Assembly (NCBI GenBank): GCA_965230095.1
Contig: OZ245946.1
Location: forward strand, 517,210-581,209
From: Balneola sp.
GTDB lineage: Bacteria > Bacteroidota > Rhodothermia > Balneolales > Balneolaceae
Direction of reading: 5' to 3'
DNA: 64,000 nt
The notes beneath the pieces were generated by a model. That model saw only the letters and a list, made by a program, of their open reading frames with translations, had not been told where the DNA came from and made no database searches. The position numbers and the translations under genes were made by a program. Positions 19,583-29,118 of this stretch are shown piece after piece (the stretch's first letter is position 1; the number at the start of each line of letters is the position of its first letter).

Positions 19583-21100
19583 TTATTTCAAATTCAGATA
19601 AGCAGACAATCCATGTAATCCGCCTTCACGACCAACCCCACTTTCTTTATAACCTCCAAAAGGAGAGGTAGGATCAAATTTATTGTAGGTATTAGCCCAG
19701 ACCACGCCTGATCTCAGTTCACTTCCGACTTTAAATATCTTTGAACCTTTATCTGTCCAGACACCACCGGCTAAACCAAAAGGGGTATTATTTGCTTTTT
19801 CAATAGCTTCATCAGCGGTACGGAATGATTGAACAGTGAGAACAGGACCAAAAATTTCTTCCTGAACCACTCGGTTTGATTGGGAAACATTGGTAAATAA
19901 AGTAGGGCGGATATAATATCCGTTTTCAGGAACAGAACATTTACTTTGATAAACCTGGGCTCCTTCTTCCACACCTAATTCAAGATAGCTGTTTACTCTT
20001 TCAAACTGTTCTTTGGAATTGATAGCACCGATATCAGTATTTTTATCAAGTGGATCGCCAACAATCAAGGTTTCCAATCTGTCTTTTAATTTCGCAATCA
20101 CTTTATCAGCTATGTTTTCCTGAACCAGCAATCTAGAACCTGCACAACAAACATGTCCCTGATTGAAATAGATGGCATTTATAATACCTTCCACAGCCTG
20201 ATCAATTGGTGCATCTTCAAATAAAATTAAAGCGCCTTTACCACCAAGTTCCAATGTGTATTTTTTGTCGGTTCCTGCAAGTGATTTTTGAATGATCTTA
20301 CCAACATTGGTAGAGCCCGTAAACGCAATCTTATCAATATCTTTATGATTAACGATCTCTGCACCGGTCTGTCCTGCACCGGTTACTATATTTACCACTC
20401 CGTCAGGTAAGCCAGCATCTTTAACCAGTTCGGCAAACATCATAGCAGTTAGTGAAGTGGTTTCAGCAGGTTTAAGAACCACTGTATTTCCACAGGCAAG
20501 GGCAGGGGCAATTTTCCACGCTAACATCAGTAAAGGAAAATTCCATGGAATGATCTGTCCACAAACTCCCAAAGGCTCCGGTTTTTTTCCGGGGAACGCA
20601 TATTCCAGTTTATCAGCCCACCCTGCATAGTAGAAGAAATAAGCAGCGGCTAGTGGAATATCCACATCTCTGGATTCACGAATTGGTTTTCCCCCATCAA
20701 TTGATTCAGCTATTGCAAACTCTCTGGCTCGTTCTTGCAGCATTCTTGCTATTCTGTAGATGTATTTTCCACGAGAACTCGGGTTCAAGTCTGACCACTC
20801 CCCTTTAAACGCTTTCCGGGCAGCTTTAACGGCTTTATCAACATCTTTCTGAGTGGCTTCAGCAAATTGAGTGATTTCTTCTTTGCTGGAAGGATTAACA
20901 CTTTTGAAATATCGATCTTTGGATGGTTTTACGAACTTTCCTCCGATAAAGAGCTCATATTTGTCTTTTATCTCAAGATTAGCAGAACTTTCAGGAGCTT
21001 CTGAATACTCCCACAATGAAGCAAAGTCTAATTTTGAATTAGGAGATGTTGGTTTGTAAGTGGTCTCTTTTGTTTTTGTTTCAGACATAATAGACTTCAA
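19583..21100 (-). CDS. NAD-dependent aldehyde dehydrogenase
   Basis: IIPWNFPL, KPAE, FTGST, LELGGK, GHVCCAG (catalytic Cys), EEIFGPV, PFGGYKESG. Confidence 0.95.
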   Translation of the reverse strand: MKSIMSETKTKETTYKPTSPNSKLDFASLWEYSEAPESSANLEIKDKYELFIGGKFVKPSKDRYFKSVNPSSKEEITQFAEATQKDVDKAVKAARKAFKGEWSDLNPSSRGKYIYRIARMLQERAREFAIAESIDGGKPIRESRDVDIPLAAAYFFYYAGWADKLEYAFPGKKPEPLGVCGQIIPWNFPLLMLAWKIAPALACGNTVVLKPAETTSLTAMMFAELVKDAGLPDGVVNIVTGAGQTGAEIVNHKDIDKIAFTGSTNVGKIIQKSLAGTDKKYTLELGGKGALILFEDAPIDQAVEGIINAIYFNQGHVCCAGSRLLVQENIADKVIAKLKDRLETLIVGDPLDKNTDIGAINSKEQFERVNSYLELGVEEGAQVYQSKCSVPENGYYIRPTLFTNVSQSNRVVQEEIFGPVLTVQSFRTADEAIEKANNTPFGLAGGVWTDKGSKIFKVGSELRSGVVWANTYNKFDPTSPFGGYKESGVGREGGLHGLSAYLNLK

Positions 21101-21102
21101 AG

Positions 21103-22002
21103 TTAATCAATGGAAAAGTAATCGGGACCCTGATAGTGCCCTGTTTGTTGTTTTACAATTTGCATAAGCAAATCATTAGCGAGAGAACTTGCTCCAAATC
21201 TGAAATACTCATTATTCAGCCAGGCTGCACCCAAAGTTTCTTTCACCAATACAAGATATTGAATAGCTTGCTTAGCAGTTCTGATTCCTCCTGCAGGTTT
21301 CATTCCCACCATTTTATCAGTTTTGTAATAAAAATCTCTGATCGCTTCTAACATCACCAAGGTAACAGGTTGAGTTGCAGCCGGAGATATTTTTCCGGTG
21401 GAAGTTTTAATAAAATCAGCACCGGCCTCCATTGCTATATCACTAGCTAATCTTACATTTTCATACGTGTGAAGTTCCCCGGTTTCCAAAATTACTTTTA
21501 AATGAGCGTCGCCGCATGCTTCTTTGATGGCAGCAATTTCATCAAAAACGAAATTATATTCACCTTCCAAAAAGGCACCACGGGTTATAACCATGTCCAC
21601 TTCATCTGCACCTTCTTCAACGGCGTATTTAGTATCTTTGATCCGGATTGGCAGGGGAGCCATTCCACTTGGAAAAGCGCTGGCAACGCTGGCTACATTT
21701 ATTTTTGTGCCTCGCAGACTTTCTTTAGCAATTCGTACCATATTTGGATATACACAAACTGCAGCAACACTAGGAATATCAGGTAATGAAGGATGAGGAC
21801 TTTTAGCCTTTTGGCATAATTGCCTTACTTTCCCTTCAGAATCTTTACCCTCCAGAGTAGTTAAATCAACCATGCTGAGTGCCAGTTTTAAAGCCTGCAC
21901 TTTCGATTCCTTTTTAATACTGCGTTTATTAAGTCTTCCAACACGTTCCTCCACCGCGACACGGTCTATAGGAACGACTTCAAATTTTTCTTTCAAAATC
22001 AT
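21103..22002 (-). CDS. deoC: Deoxyribose-phosphate aldolase
   Basis: DLTTLEG, AVCVYP, ADEVDMV, LKVILETGEL, DFIKTSTGK, GMKPAGGIR, RFGASSL. Confidence 0.96.
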   Translation of the reverse strand: MILKEKFEVVPIDRVAVEERVGRLNKRSIKKESKVQALKLALSMVDLTTLEGKDSEGKVRQLCQKAKSPHPSLPDIPSVAAVCVYPNMVRIAKESLRGTKINVASVASAFPSGMAPLPIRIKDTKYAVEEGADEVDMVITRGAFLEGEYNFVFDEIAAIKEACGDAHLKVILETGELHTYENVRLASDIAMEAGADFIKTSTGKISPAATQPVTLVMLEAIRDFYYKTDKMVGMKPAGGIRTAKQAIQYLVLVKETLGAAWLNNEYFRFGASSLANDLLMQIVKQQTGHYQGPDYFSID

Positions 22003-22192
22003 ATAATTTATTTAACGGAATATAAGATTTTATAACAGGAATTAAATTCAAGAATTTGAAATATAAGTTCGCGGTTTGAAGAACTTTAAACATTTCCTGA
22101 ATTAAGAAAATTGCTCGATTCATATTTATTCCGTTAATTCGTTGCGTTACACGGAATAGTGTAAATGCTATTAAATTTAAAAAGGAGATAAA

Positions 22193-22594
22193 ATGGAAGA
22201 TGTTATGATTAACTGGTTAGCAGTGGGTGCTGCTACGCTGGTAGGGTTTGCGATAGGATTTGTTTGGTATGGACCTCTTTTTGGCAAAATCTGGATGAAA
22301 GAAGCAGGTTTATCTGAAGAAGATGTTGAAAATGGCAATATGGCAAAAATATTTGGATTGACAGCAGTATTTCAGTTCATAATGGCTTATTGTTTGGCTA
22401 TGTTTTTTGGAAACGAAGTTAACGCTGCATCCGGAGCTATGTATGGTTTTCTCACCGGATTTGCATGGGTAGCACTGGCAATGGGAGTTTCCGGATTGTA
22501 CGAACAAAAGTCATTCAAATATATGCTCATAAATGGTGGGTTCTGGACTGTAGTATTTACACTTATGGGATTAATCATCGGAGCCTGGAGGTAA
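22193..22594 (+). CDS. DUF1761-family membrane protein
   Basis: INWLAV...GFVWYGPLFGKIW; four TM segments; strong AAGGAG SD. Confidence 0.8.
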   Translation: MEDVMINWLAVGAATLVGFAIGFVWYGPLFGKIWMKEAGLSEEDVENGNMAKIFGLTAVFQFIMAYCLAMFFGNEVNAASGAMYGFLTGFAWVALAMGVSGLYEQKSFKYMLINGGFWTVVFTLMGLIIGAWR

Positions 22595-22598
22595 AGAT

Positions 22599-23588
22599 AT
22601 CAAAACATATTTATTTGTTTTAATCTTAGGAGCAAGCCTGTTGGCTTGCTCTTCTAATATTCAAAAAGAGAAAGAATTACCTGTAGTAAATACAGAGTTA
22701 ACTGAGCCAGATTCAGCAGATTTTAAAATAGCCTATAATGTGGTTTACGATCTGGATGTGGATAATTACGAGATCTTTGTAATGAATGCAGACGGATCTG
22801 AACAGCGAAATATTTCTAACAACCCGGGAGTGGACTGGGTATATTATGCTTATAGAGATCGTCTTTATTTTATTTCTGACAGAGATTCCACTTCCAGAAA
22901 ATACTTTCTCTATGAGATGAAATGGGATGGAACAGAAATCAGGAGGATAACTGACTTTCTGGTTCATGATTCCTGGATGAGTTCCCGGAAAGAGGGGACT
23001 GAATTTGTAATATCGATCAATGAAAACGATAATTTTGAATCCAGAGATCTTTACATAATTAATATAGAAGGAGAGATTATCACGAAGTTAACAGATGATA
23101 AATTCCAAAATACTGATGCCCATTTTTCTCCGGATGGAACTCAAATTGTATTTCGGTCAAATCGTTCAGAACAGGATGAATTGTATATCATAAATGATGA
23201 TGGAACAGAATTAAGGCAACTTACAAATTACCCCAAAGATGATGAATCCGCTCTTGATTGGGAGTATCATGCCGGACCACCTCAATGGATTGATTCTACA
23301 AAGATCAGCTATATCTCTAAACAAAATTATAACTATAGTATTTTTTCGATCTCCCCTGAAGGAACTGACATAAAACAATTAACACCTGATACTACTTCAA
23401 ATGGATATCATTCAAATGAAGGTTGGCATTCATGGTCAAAAGATGGAAAATACATAGCGTTTAATGCCACTAATATGATTGGTAATTTTGACATCTATAT
23501 TATGAAATCTGATATATCAGAGCTAAAGAGGTTAACTCGGACGCAATGGTATGATCAGGCTCCGGTTTTTGTATATCCTGAAGATTAA
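22599..23588 (+). CDS. TolB-like/PD40 beta-propeller lipoprotein; predicted start is ATC at 22599
   Basis: FSPDGTQIVFRSNR, SWSKDGKYIAF repeats; frame extends upstream of the track's TTG to give IKTYLFVLILGASLLA-C, with GGAGG 7 nt before ATC. Confidence 0.8.
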   Translation: MKTYLFVLILGASLLACSSNIQKEKELPVVNTELTEPDSADFKIAYNVVYDLDVDNYEIFVMNADGSEQRNISNNPGVDWVYYAYRDRLYFISDRDSTSRKYFLYEMKWDGTEIRRITDFLVHDSWMSSRKEGTEFVISINENDNFESRDLYIINIEGEIITKLTDDKFQNTDAHFSPDGTQIVFRSNRSEQDELYIINDDGTELRQLTNYPKDDESALDWEYHAGPPQWIDSTKISYISKQNYNYSIFSISPEGTDIKQLTPDTTSNGYHSNEGWHSWSKDGKYIAFNATNMIGNFDIYIMKSDISELKRLTRTQWYDQAPVFVYPED

Positions 23589-24196
23589 AGATCAAGATCC
23601 AGGTTTACATATTCGGTATGCTCCTTTTTAAAATAAGGAAGCAAAATTGCTGAAATTAAAACCAGGCATCCAATACCAAACATTATCCAGGCAACAGTCA
23701 TATAATGATTTAAAATATTCATATCAGATAGAATATTAAGAAAGTCATGAGAGGATTTTGGTAAATTTCCGATTAAAGGAAGATCCTGAGTGTAAGCATC
23801 TGCACTGTAAGCGGCACTATCAAGCCAGGCGAAACCCAGCCAGTATAACGATAGCTGAGCTGCAATTATCTGCCGGTTTCGCCAGCTAACAATGAATAGT
23901 GCAAAGGGAATCAGCATCTGTAAGAGGGTTCCTCCCAATACTGTCAGAAATCTCCATCCGAATAATCCAAATATGGTATGCCCGGCTTCATGTATGATCA
24001 GTGTCAGGTTATCCATCACAAAATAAATAATCGAAAACCCGAAAACGTGCTTATAGCTTACAGCTAGCAAGATGTTGTATTCGATAGTCATGTAAAATTG
24101 TTTAACTATAAACCAGCTCCAGAAAATTAAAATTATGGAAAACCAATACGTTTTAAGAAAGGGGAGAGCTTTTTCTTTTAACGTGTTCATATTCAT
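23585..24196 (-). CDS. Membrane protein with HExxH motif (peptidase M50B-like)
   Basis: IHEAGH within hydrophobic segments, LGGT, later HD motif. Confidence 0.6.
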   Translation of the reverse strand: MNMNTLKEKALPFLKTYWFSIILIFWSWFIVKQFYMTIEYNILLAVSYKHVFGFSIIYFVMDNLTLIIHEAGHTIFGLFGWRFLTVLGGTLLQMLIPFALFIVSWRNRQIIAAQLSLYWLGFAWLDSAAYSADAYTQDLPLIGNLPKSSHDFLNILSDMNILNHYMTVAWIMFGIGCLVLISAILLPYFKKEHTEYVNLDLDL

Positions 24197-24197
24197 T

Positions 24198-25211
24198 TCA
24201 TAGAAGTTGATCGAATTTCTTTTTTCCTTTCAAAAAGTAATACCGGATTATTGAAATTGGAAACTTTCCTGATAACGATTTTATATTTGGACTGGAATTA
24301 GCCTTTCTCTTCTTTTGAACTTTAGTCCAGTTCAGAAAGAAATGAAAGTGTGCTTTCGCTATGGCTACAAACTCTTTAGGCTTTCCACCTAATAGTGATT
24401 TATAAGCTGCGATTACATCCAGAAGCAATCTTATTGGAAATCTGAGGATCAAATCCGAAGCGGAATAATTCTTCCAGATCATAAACAGATTATTCCGGAA
24501 ATTATAGTACACTTTTCGTGGAGAACCCATTGCTAACGATCCTCCACCTAAATGATATACCTTACTTTTGTAAGTATACATTACTTTTTGATCAGACCGC
24601 TTAACTCTCCAGCACAGATCAATTTCTTCCATATGAAATTCAAAATCTTCATCGAAGCCGCCCAGTTCCTCAAAAAGGTCTTTCTTGATCGCCAAAGCCG
24701 CGCCACTTGCCCAGAAGATTTCTGAGATCTCATCATATTGACCTTCATCTTTTTCAACCGTTTCAAAAATTCTTCCTCTGCAAAAAGGGTATCCGTATTT
24801 ATCTATAAATCCGCCGGCAGCACCCGCATATTCAAAGAATTCTGGTTCTTTATACGATAACAATTTAGGTTGAACAGCCCCGATATTTTTGTCAGACTCA
24901 AAACATTCATTAATTCCATGAAGCCATTCAGGGGTAACTTTTACATCATTATTCAGGAACAAAAGTATTTCTTTGGAGGCGGTTGTCACGGCTTTGTTGT
25001 TTCCTCCGCAATACCCGTAATTGTCATCAAAAGTGGAGATTAAAACCTGAGGGAAATTTTCTCTGACCCATTCAACGGTTTCATCTTCAGAGGCATTATC
25101 TGCTAGTATGATCTCGAAGTCAGGATAATCCGTAGCACAAACCGAAGGAAGAAAAGATTTCAGGTGATGAAGTCCGTTCCAGGTGACGATAATTATACTA
25201 AAGCCTTTCAA
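24198..25211 (-). CDS. Glycosyltransferase family 2
   Basis: IIIVTWNG, LADNASED, NYGYCGGNN, LNND, EEIDLCWR, VYHLGGGS. Confidence 0.92.
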   Translation of the reverse strand: MKGFSIIIVTWNGLHHLKSFLPSVCATDYPDFEIILADNASEDETVEWVRENFPQVLISTFDDNYGYCGGNNKAVTTASKEILLFLNNDVKVTPEWLHGINECFESDKNIGAVQPKLLSYKEPEFFEYAGAAGGFIDKYGYPFCRGRIFETVEKDEGQYDEISEIFWASGAALAIKKDLFEELGGFDEDFEFHMEEIDLCWRVKRSDQKVMYTYKSKVYHLGGGSLAMGSPRKVYYNFRNNLFMIWKNYSASDLILRFPIRLLLDVIAAYKSLLGGKPKEFVAIAKAHFHFFLNWTKVQKKRKANSSPNIKSLSGKFPISIIRYYFLKGKKKFDQLL

Positions 25212-25315
25212 AGAATGAAGTTTGTTTAGAAAGTGTTGGGTTTATGTAGGAGAATTTAAGAAAAAGTGTTTTCTTTGATTCCATTGTTTTTGAATAAAGA
25301 TGATACCAAAAAAGA

Positions 25316-25819
25316 ATGATGAAAATCGGGCTTATTTCGGATACACATAATTATCTGGATCCGCAAACACTGGATTATTTTGAGGGTTGTGATGAGATCT
25401 GGCATGCAGGCGATTTCGGGACTATTAAAATAGCTGATCAGCTTAAAGAAGTAGCACCACTGGTTGGTGTTTACGGAAATATTGATGGTCAGGATATTCG
25501 TGCTGAATATCCGCTGCACCAGCGATTTGATTGTGAAGGTGTGGATGTTTGGATGACACATATCGGTGGAATCCCCGGTCGGTATTGCATTCCAATTCGC
25601 GAAGAAATGGAAAATCACACTCCGGAACTTTTTATCTGCGGACATTCGCATATTCTTAAGGTCGCCCGGGATCAGCAAATGGATAAAATGTTATACATGA
25701 ATCCGGGTGCTGCCGGCAGACATGGATTTCAGACAGAACGAACTATTATGCGTTTTACCATTCATTCAGGAAAGATAGAAAATGTAGAAGTGATTAATTT
25801 AGGTTCAAGAGTAGGATAG
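25316..25819 (+). CDS. YfcE/MJ0936-family metallophosphoesterase
   Basis: ISDTH, HAGDFG, VYGNID, GHSH, NPGAAG. Confidence 0.9.
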   Translation: MMKIGLISDTHNYLDPQTLDYFEGCDEIWHAGDFGTIKIADQLKEVAPLVGVYGNIDGQDIRAEYPLHQRFDCEGVDVWMTHIGGIPGRYCIPIREEMENHTPELFICGHSHILKVARDQQMDKMLYMNPGAAGRHGFQTERTIMRFTIHSGKIENVEVINLGSRVG

Positions 25820-25962
25820 GGTTCTCTTTTTTAGCAGTCACAACTCAGAAAACCGGATTAATGTGCAACGAATACTTTTTTAAATCGTAATCAGCTTTCA
25901 GTATTCTTGCCAAGAATTTTAAACAAAACGAAAATTGTATTTATGTCAAAACCGGTTAGCCT

Positions 25963-27168
25963 GTGATTCGATTCCTTTCTGTATTTCTTGTCAGCGTTAT
26001 CACTGTTATCAACTTTCAGGCTTGCACCGATATAAAATCAGAGCCTAAAATTGTTTTACCTGATCAGGATGAATGGGTGATCGATGATTCCACTGCATTG
26101 TATCTGGATAAATTCAGTACTGATTTTGAAGAAGGCTTAAACAGCCAAAGAATCCCCGGCGGAGCTGTAGTTATCATAAAAGATGGCAGAGTTCTTCTTG
26201 AGAAAGGCTTTGGTGTTAAAGAAGCCGCAAAAACTGACGAAGTAGATAAACATACTGTATTCAGGCTGGGAAGCGTGTCTAAAGGCTTTGCTTCGGTTTT
26301 AACGGGTGTATTAGTGGACGAAGGACTGGTGAGCTGGGATCATCCTGTTTCCGGTTATCTGGAAAGTTTTAAACTAAATGATCCTGAGCAAACAGAAAGG
26401 GTTCAGATCAGGCACTTATTATCACATACTTCAGGGTTGCCCCGACACGCATACACGAATTTAGTAGAAGACGGGCTTTCTTTAGATCGAATCATCCCGA
26501 GATTAGAACAGGTTCCTTTGATTGCGAAAGAAGGAGAACAGCTGGCCTACCAAAATGCTGCATATTCTGTGATCGAAAAAGTTCTTGAAGAGCAAACTGA
26601 GCTAAATTTTGACACACTTCTTCTACAGAAATTGTTTGAGCCATTGGGGATGAACAATTCTTCAACTAGCTTTGACAGCATCAGATATACTGCAAATAAA
26701 GCATTTCCTCATGTATGGTATTCCCGCGCTAGAGGAAGAGTTCCGGTAAAAATTTCCGAAAAATATTACAATGCAATTTCATCAGGTGGAATTAATGCAT
26801 CTGCTTCAGATATGGGGCAATGGTTGCGTCTGTTGACCGGTTATTATCCGCAAATTATTTCCGAAGAAACTCTTGCCGAGATCTTTAAACCAATTGCTAC
26901 CATTAATAATAAAAGATTCAGTCGCTACTGGGAAGGAGTGAATGAATCGCATTACGGGATGGGATGGAGAGTACTGGATAACGATGGACAAAAAATTGTG
27001 TATCACGGTGGTTATGTAAACGGATATCGAAGTGAAATTGCCTTTGCTCCTGAAGAAAGAGTAGGAATCTGCATTCTTATTAACGCAAATTCGAGTTATC
27101 CACTACAAGTGATCCCGGGTTTATTTGACTACTTTGGAACCGATTCTTTAGCTGTTGTTTCTGAATAA
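25963..27168 (+). CDS. Serine hydrolase, beta-lactamase/AmpC-like fold, exported
   Basis: SVSK (SxxK), YQN, LLSHTSGL, HGG motifs. Confidence 0.85.
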   Translation: MIRFLSVFLVSVITVINFQACTDIKSEPKIVLPDQDEWVIDDSTALYLDKFSTDFEEGLNSQRIPGGAVVIIKDGRVLLEKGFGVKEAAKTDEVDKHTVFRLGSVSKGFASVLTGVLVDEGLVSWDHPVSGYLESFKLNDPEQTERVQIRHLLSHTSGLPRHAYTNLVEDGLSLDRIIPRLEQVPLIAKEGEQLAYQNAAYSVIEKVLEEQTELNFDTLLLQKLFEPLGMNNSSTSFDSIRYTANKAFPHVWYSRARGRVPVKISEKYYNAISSGGINASASDMGQWLRLLTGYYPQIISEETLAEIFKPIATINNKRFSRYWEGVNESHYGMGWRVLDNDGQKIVYHGGYVNGYRSEIAFAPEERVGICILINANSSYPLQVIPGLFDYFGTDSLAVVSE

Positions 27169-27271
27169 TTTTGAAGCGAGGGAATAAAAAGCGGTTAATG
27201 TGTTTTATTCTGAATAACTAATTCAGTAAGTACCGGAGCCAATGCTTTTACTTCTTTTCTATGCCAAGGAA

Positions 27272-28456
27272 TTATTTTCTTTTGGCTTTCTCACGTCGTT
27301 CCAATTCTTCACTCAGCATTAGGTACTCACGGGAAGCGTCATTGGTAATTGAAGTATTTTCATGTGCTCTGCGAACCAAATAGGGAAAAGTATTTTCAAC
27401 AGAGCCGTACGGCAAATACTTCATACTTCTGACACCTTGCGTAGCTAAATTGAAAGTAAGGTTATCACTCATTCCGTAAAGCTGACAAAATGAGATATTA
27501 GGGTGATTTTCTACTTTATGTTCCTTTATTAGCTCAAGTAACATGATGCAACTCTCCCGATTGTGTGTGGCACAGCAAAAAGCCATATTGTCGCGCTCCT
27601 GAAAAGTATAAAGTATTGCTTCATTGTATGCATCATCCGTATCTCCTTTGGTAGGATACACCGGATCTTCGAGACCAAGTTCTTCAGCACGTTTAGATTC
27701 TTTGTCCATATAGGCGCCCCTTACTATTTTTGCTCCTAAAACCAACCCGTTGTTCTTTAACTCATTATGGTGGGATAGAAGTCGACTTCTAGAGCTTTTT
27801 AAATACATCTGGTACGTATTATAAAGAACAGGAGCATCCGTGTTATACTTTTTCATCATATCCATAACCATAAGATCCAAAGCCGGTTGAATCCAACTTT
27901 CCTCAGCATCTACAAAAATGCTGGTTCCGTTTTCATAGGCTGTTTTACAGATCAGATCAAATCGGGCATTTGCTCGTTCCCAATCAATGGCTTCCTGAAG
28001 AGTTTTAGCTGATGAAGATTGACTATACTTTTCCAGAAGCTCAAAATCTGCAATAGCTGTAATTTTCATGCTGATAAGTGGGATGGAAGCATGTCTGCCG
28101 GCAAAACGAATAGCTTTTAAAAATTCCTGAGTTACCGCCTCATATTCTTCTTCTGTATCTTTGGCTTCAGCTCCATAATCCAGAACAGTTTCAACACCAA
28201 ATTCTGAAAGATTTTCAACTACAGAAATACAATCTCTAAGATCTTTTCCTCCACAAAAAACTTTATAAAAAGTATTGTAAACTACCTGGTCTGCAAATGG
28301 AATTTTCCATTCCACAGCAAACATTCCCATATGGCTTAAACTTAAAACAAGATCCGGATACTGGTGCATTATCCCGTAAATCCACTTAGCCAGTTTAAGA
28401 TCCTTAGTGGATTTGTATTTAAAAGCAATTTTAGTATTTGTGAGTAGTTCTTGCAT
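27272..28456 (-). CDS. Monofunctional proline dehydrogenase
   Basis: VDAEESWIQ, YQMYL, KIVRGAYM, ATHN, QLYGMSD, KYLPYG, YLVRRAHEN. Confidence 0.92.
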   Translation of the reverse strand: MQELLTNTKIAFKYKSTKDLKLAKWIYGIMHQYPDLVLSLSHMGMFAVEWKIPFADQVVYNTFYKVFCGGKDLRDCISVVENLSEFGVETVLDYGAEAKDTEEEYEAVTQEFLKAIRFAGRHASIPLISMKITAIADFELLEKYSQSSSAKTLQEAIDWERANARFDLICKTAYENGTSIFVDAEESWIQPALDLMVMDMMKKYNTDAPVLYNTYQMYLKSSRSRLLSHHNELKNNGLVLGAKIVRGAYMDKESKRAEELGLEDPVYPTKGDTDDAYNEAILYTFQERDNMAFCCATHNRESCIMLLELIKEHKVENHPNISFCQLYGMSDNLTFNLATQGVRSMKYLPYGSVENTFPYLVRRAHENTSITNDASREYLMLSEELERREKAKRK

Positions 28457-28521
28457 GAATTATAAATGGATGGAAGCGCTTTTTGAGCGTGTCAATGATA
28501 ACAAAAAAATAATCCAATCCA

Positions 28522-29118
28522 TTACTTCTGTCCCAGAAAAAATGTGTACTTCCATAATCCAAAATAAACGCTTTTAGTTTCCTGATGTCTGACTTTAAAA
28601 TACTTTTCAATTTGGGTAAATAAAGATCCCGAAATATTCACATGATTAAGTTTCATCCAACGTTCAAAAAATGGAAGTGGAGTACTGTGAAAGTCTACAA
28701 TTGCAACGACTCCTGATTGATTTAAAGAGTTTTGAATTAGGTCTACATACTCATTTAAATCACCAAACATGGAGAGAACGTAAGAACATAGAATGAGATC
28801 ATATGTTTCGGATTCAGATCTTAATGAAGCTATATCCGCATTAATTAGTTTGATACCTTTTGATTGCTGAATTTTCACAGAGGCTTTTTTTAGCATTTCT
28901 TCAGAGCTGTCAATTCCGGTGATGTGAGCTTCAGGAAATGACTCGGCAAGTTTGCAAAGGTGTTTTCCTGTACCACAACCTACATCTAGTATTTTTTGTG
29001 GATTTAAACTGTTTGGAATTAACTCCAGAATACGATTTCGACCGAAGAGAATTCCCCATCTTGTCAGGTCATAGATCTTTGAGTGAAATTTGTAATATGA
29101 GTTTACGGAATCAAACAT
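28522..29118 (-). CDS. btaB: BtaB-like SAM-dependent methyltransferase (betaine lipid synthesis)
   Basis: YYKFHSKIYDLTRWGILFGR, ILDVGCGTG, SYVLSM, VDFH; directly after btaA; start placed at ATG 29118 (track start 29154). Confidence 0.75.
   Translation of the reverse strand: MFDSVNSYYKFHSKIYDLTRWGILFGRNRILELIPNSLNPQKILDVGCGTGKHLCKLAESFPEAHITGIDSSEEMLKKASVKIQQSKGIKLINADIASLRSESETYDLILCSYVLSMFGDLNEYVDLIQNSLNQSGVVAIVDFHSTPLPFFERWMKLNHVNISGSLFTQIEKYFKVRHQETKSVYFGLWKYTFFLGQK

Noticed and set aside
25963-27168. Possible antibiotic-resistance beta-lactamase
   Set aside because: SxxK/YxN/HGG motifs are shared by many esterases and peptidases; nothing specifically indicates a true AmpC.
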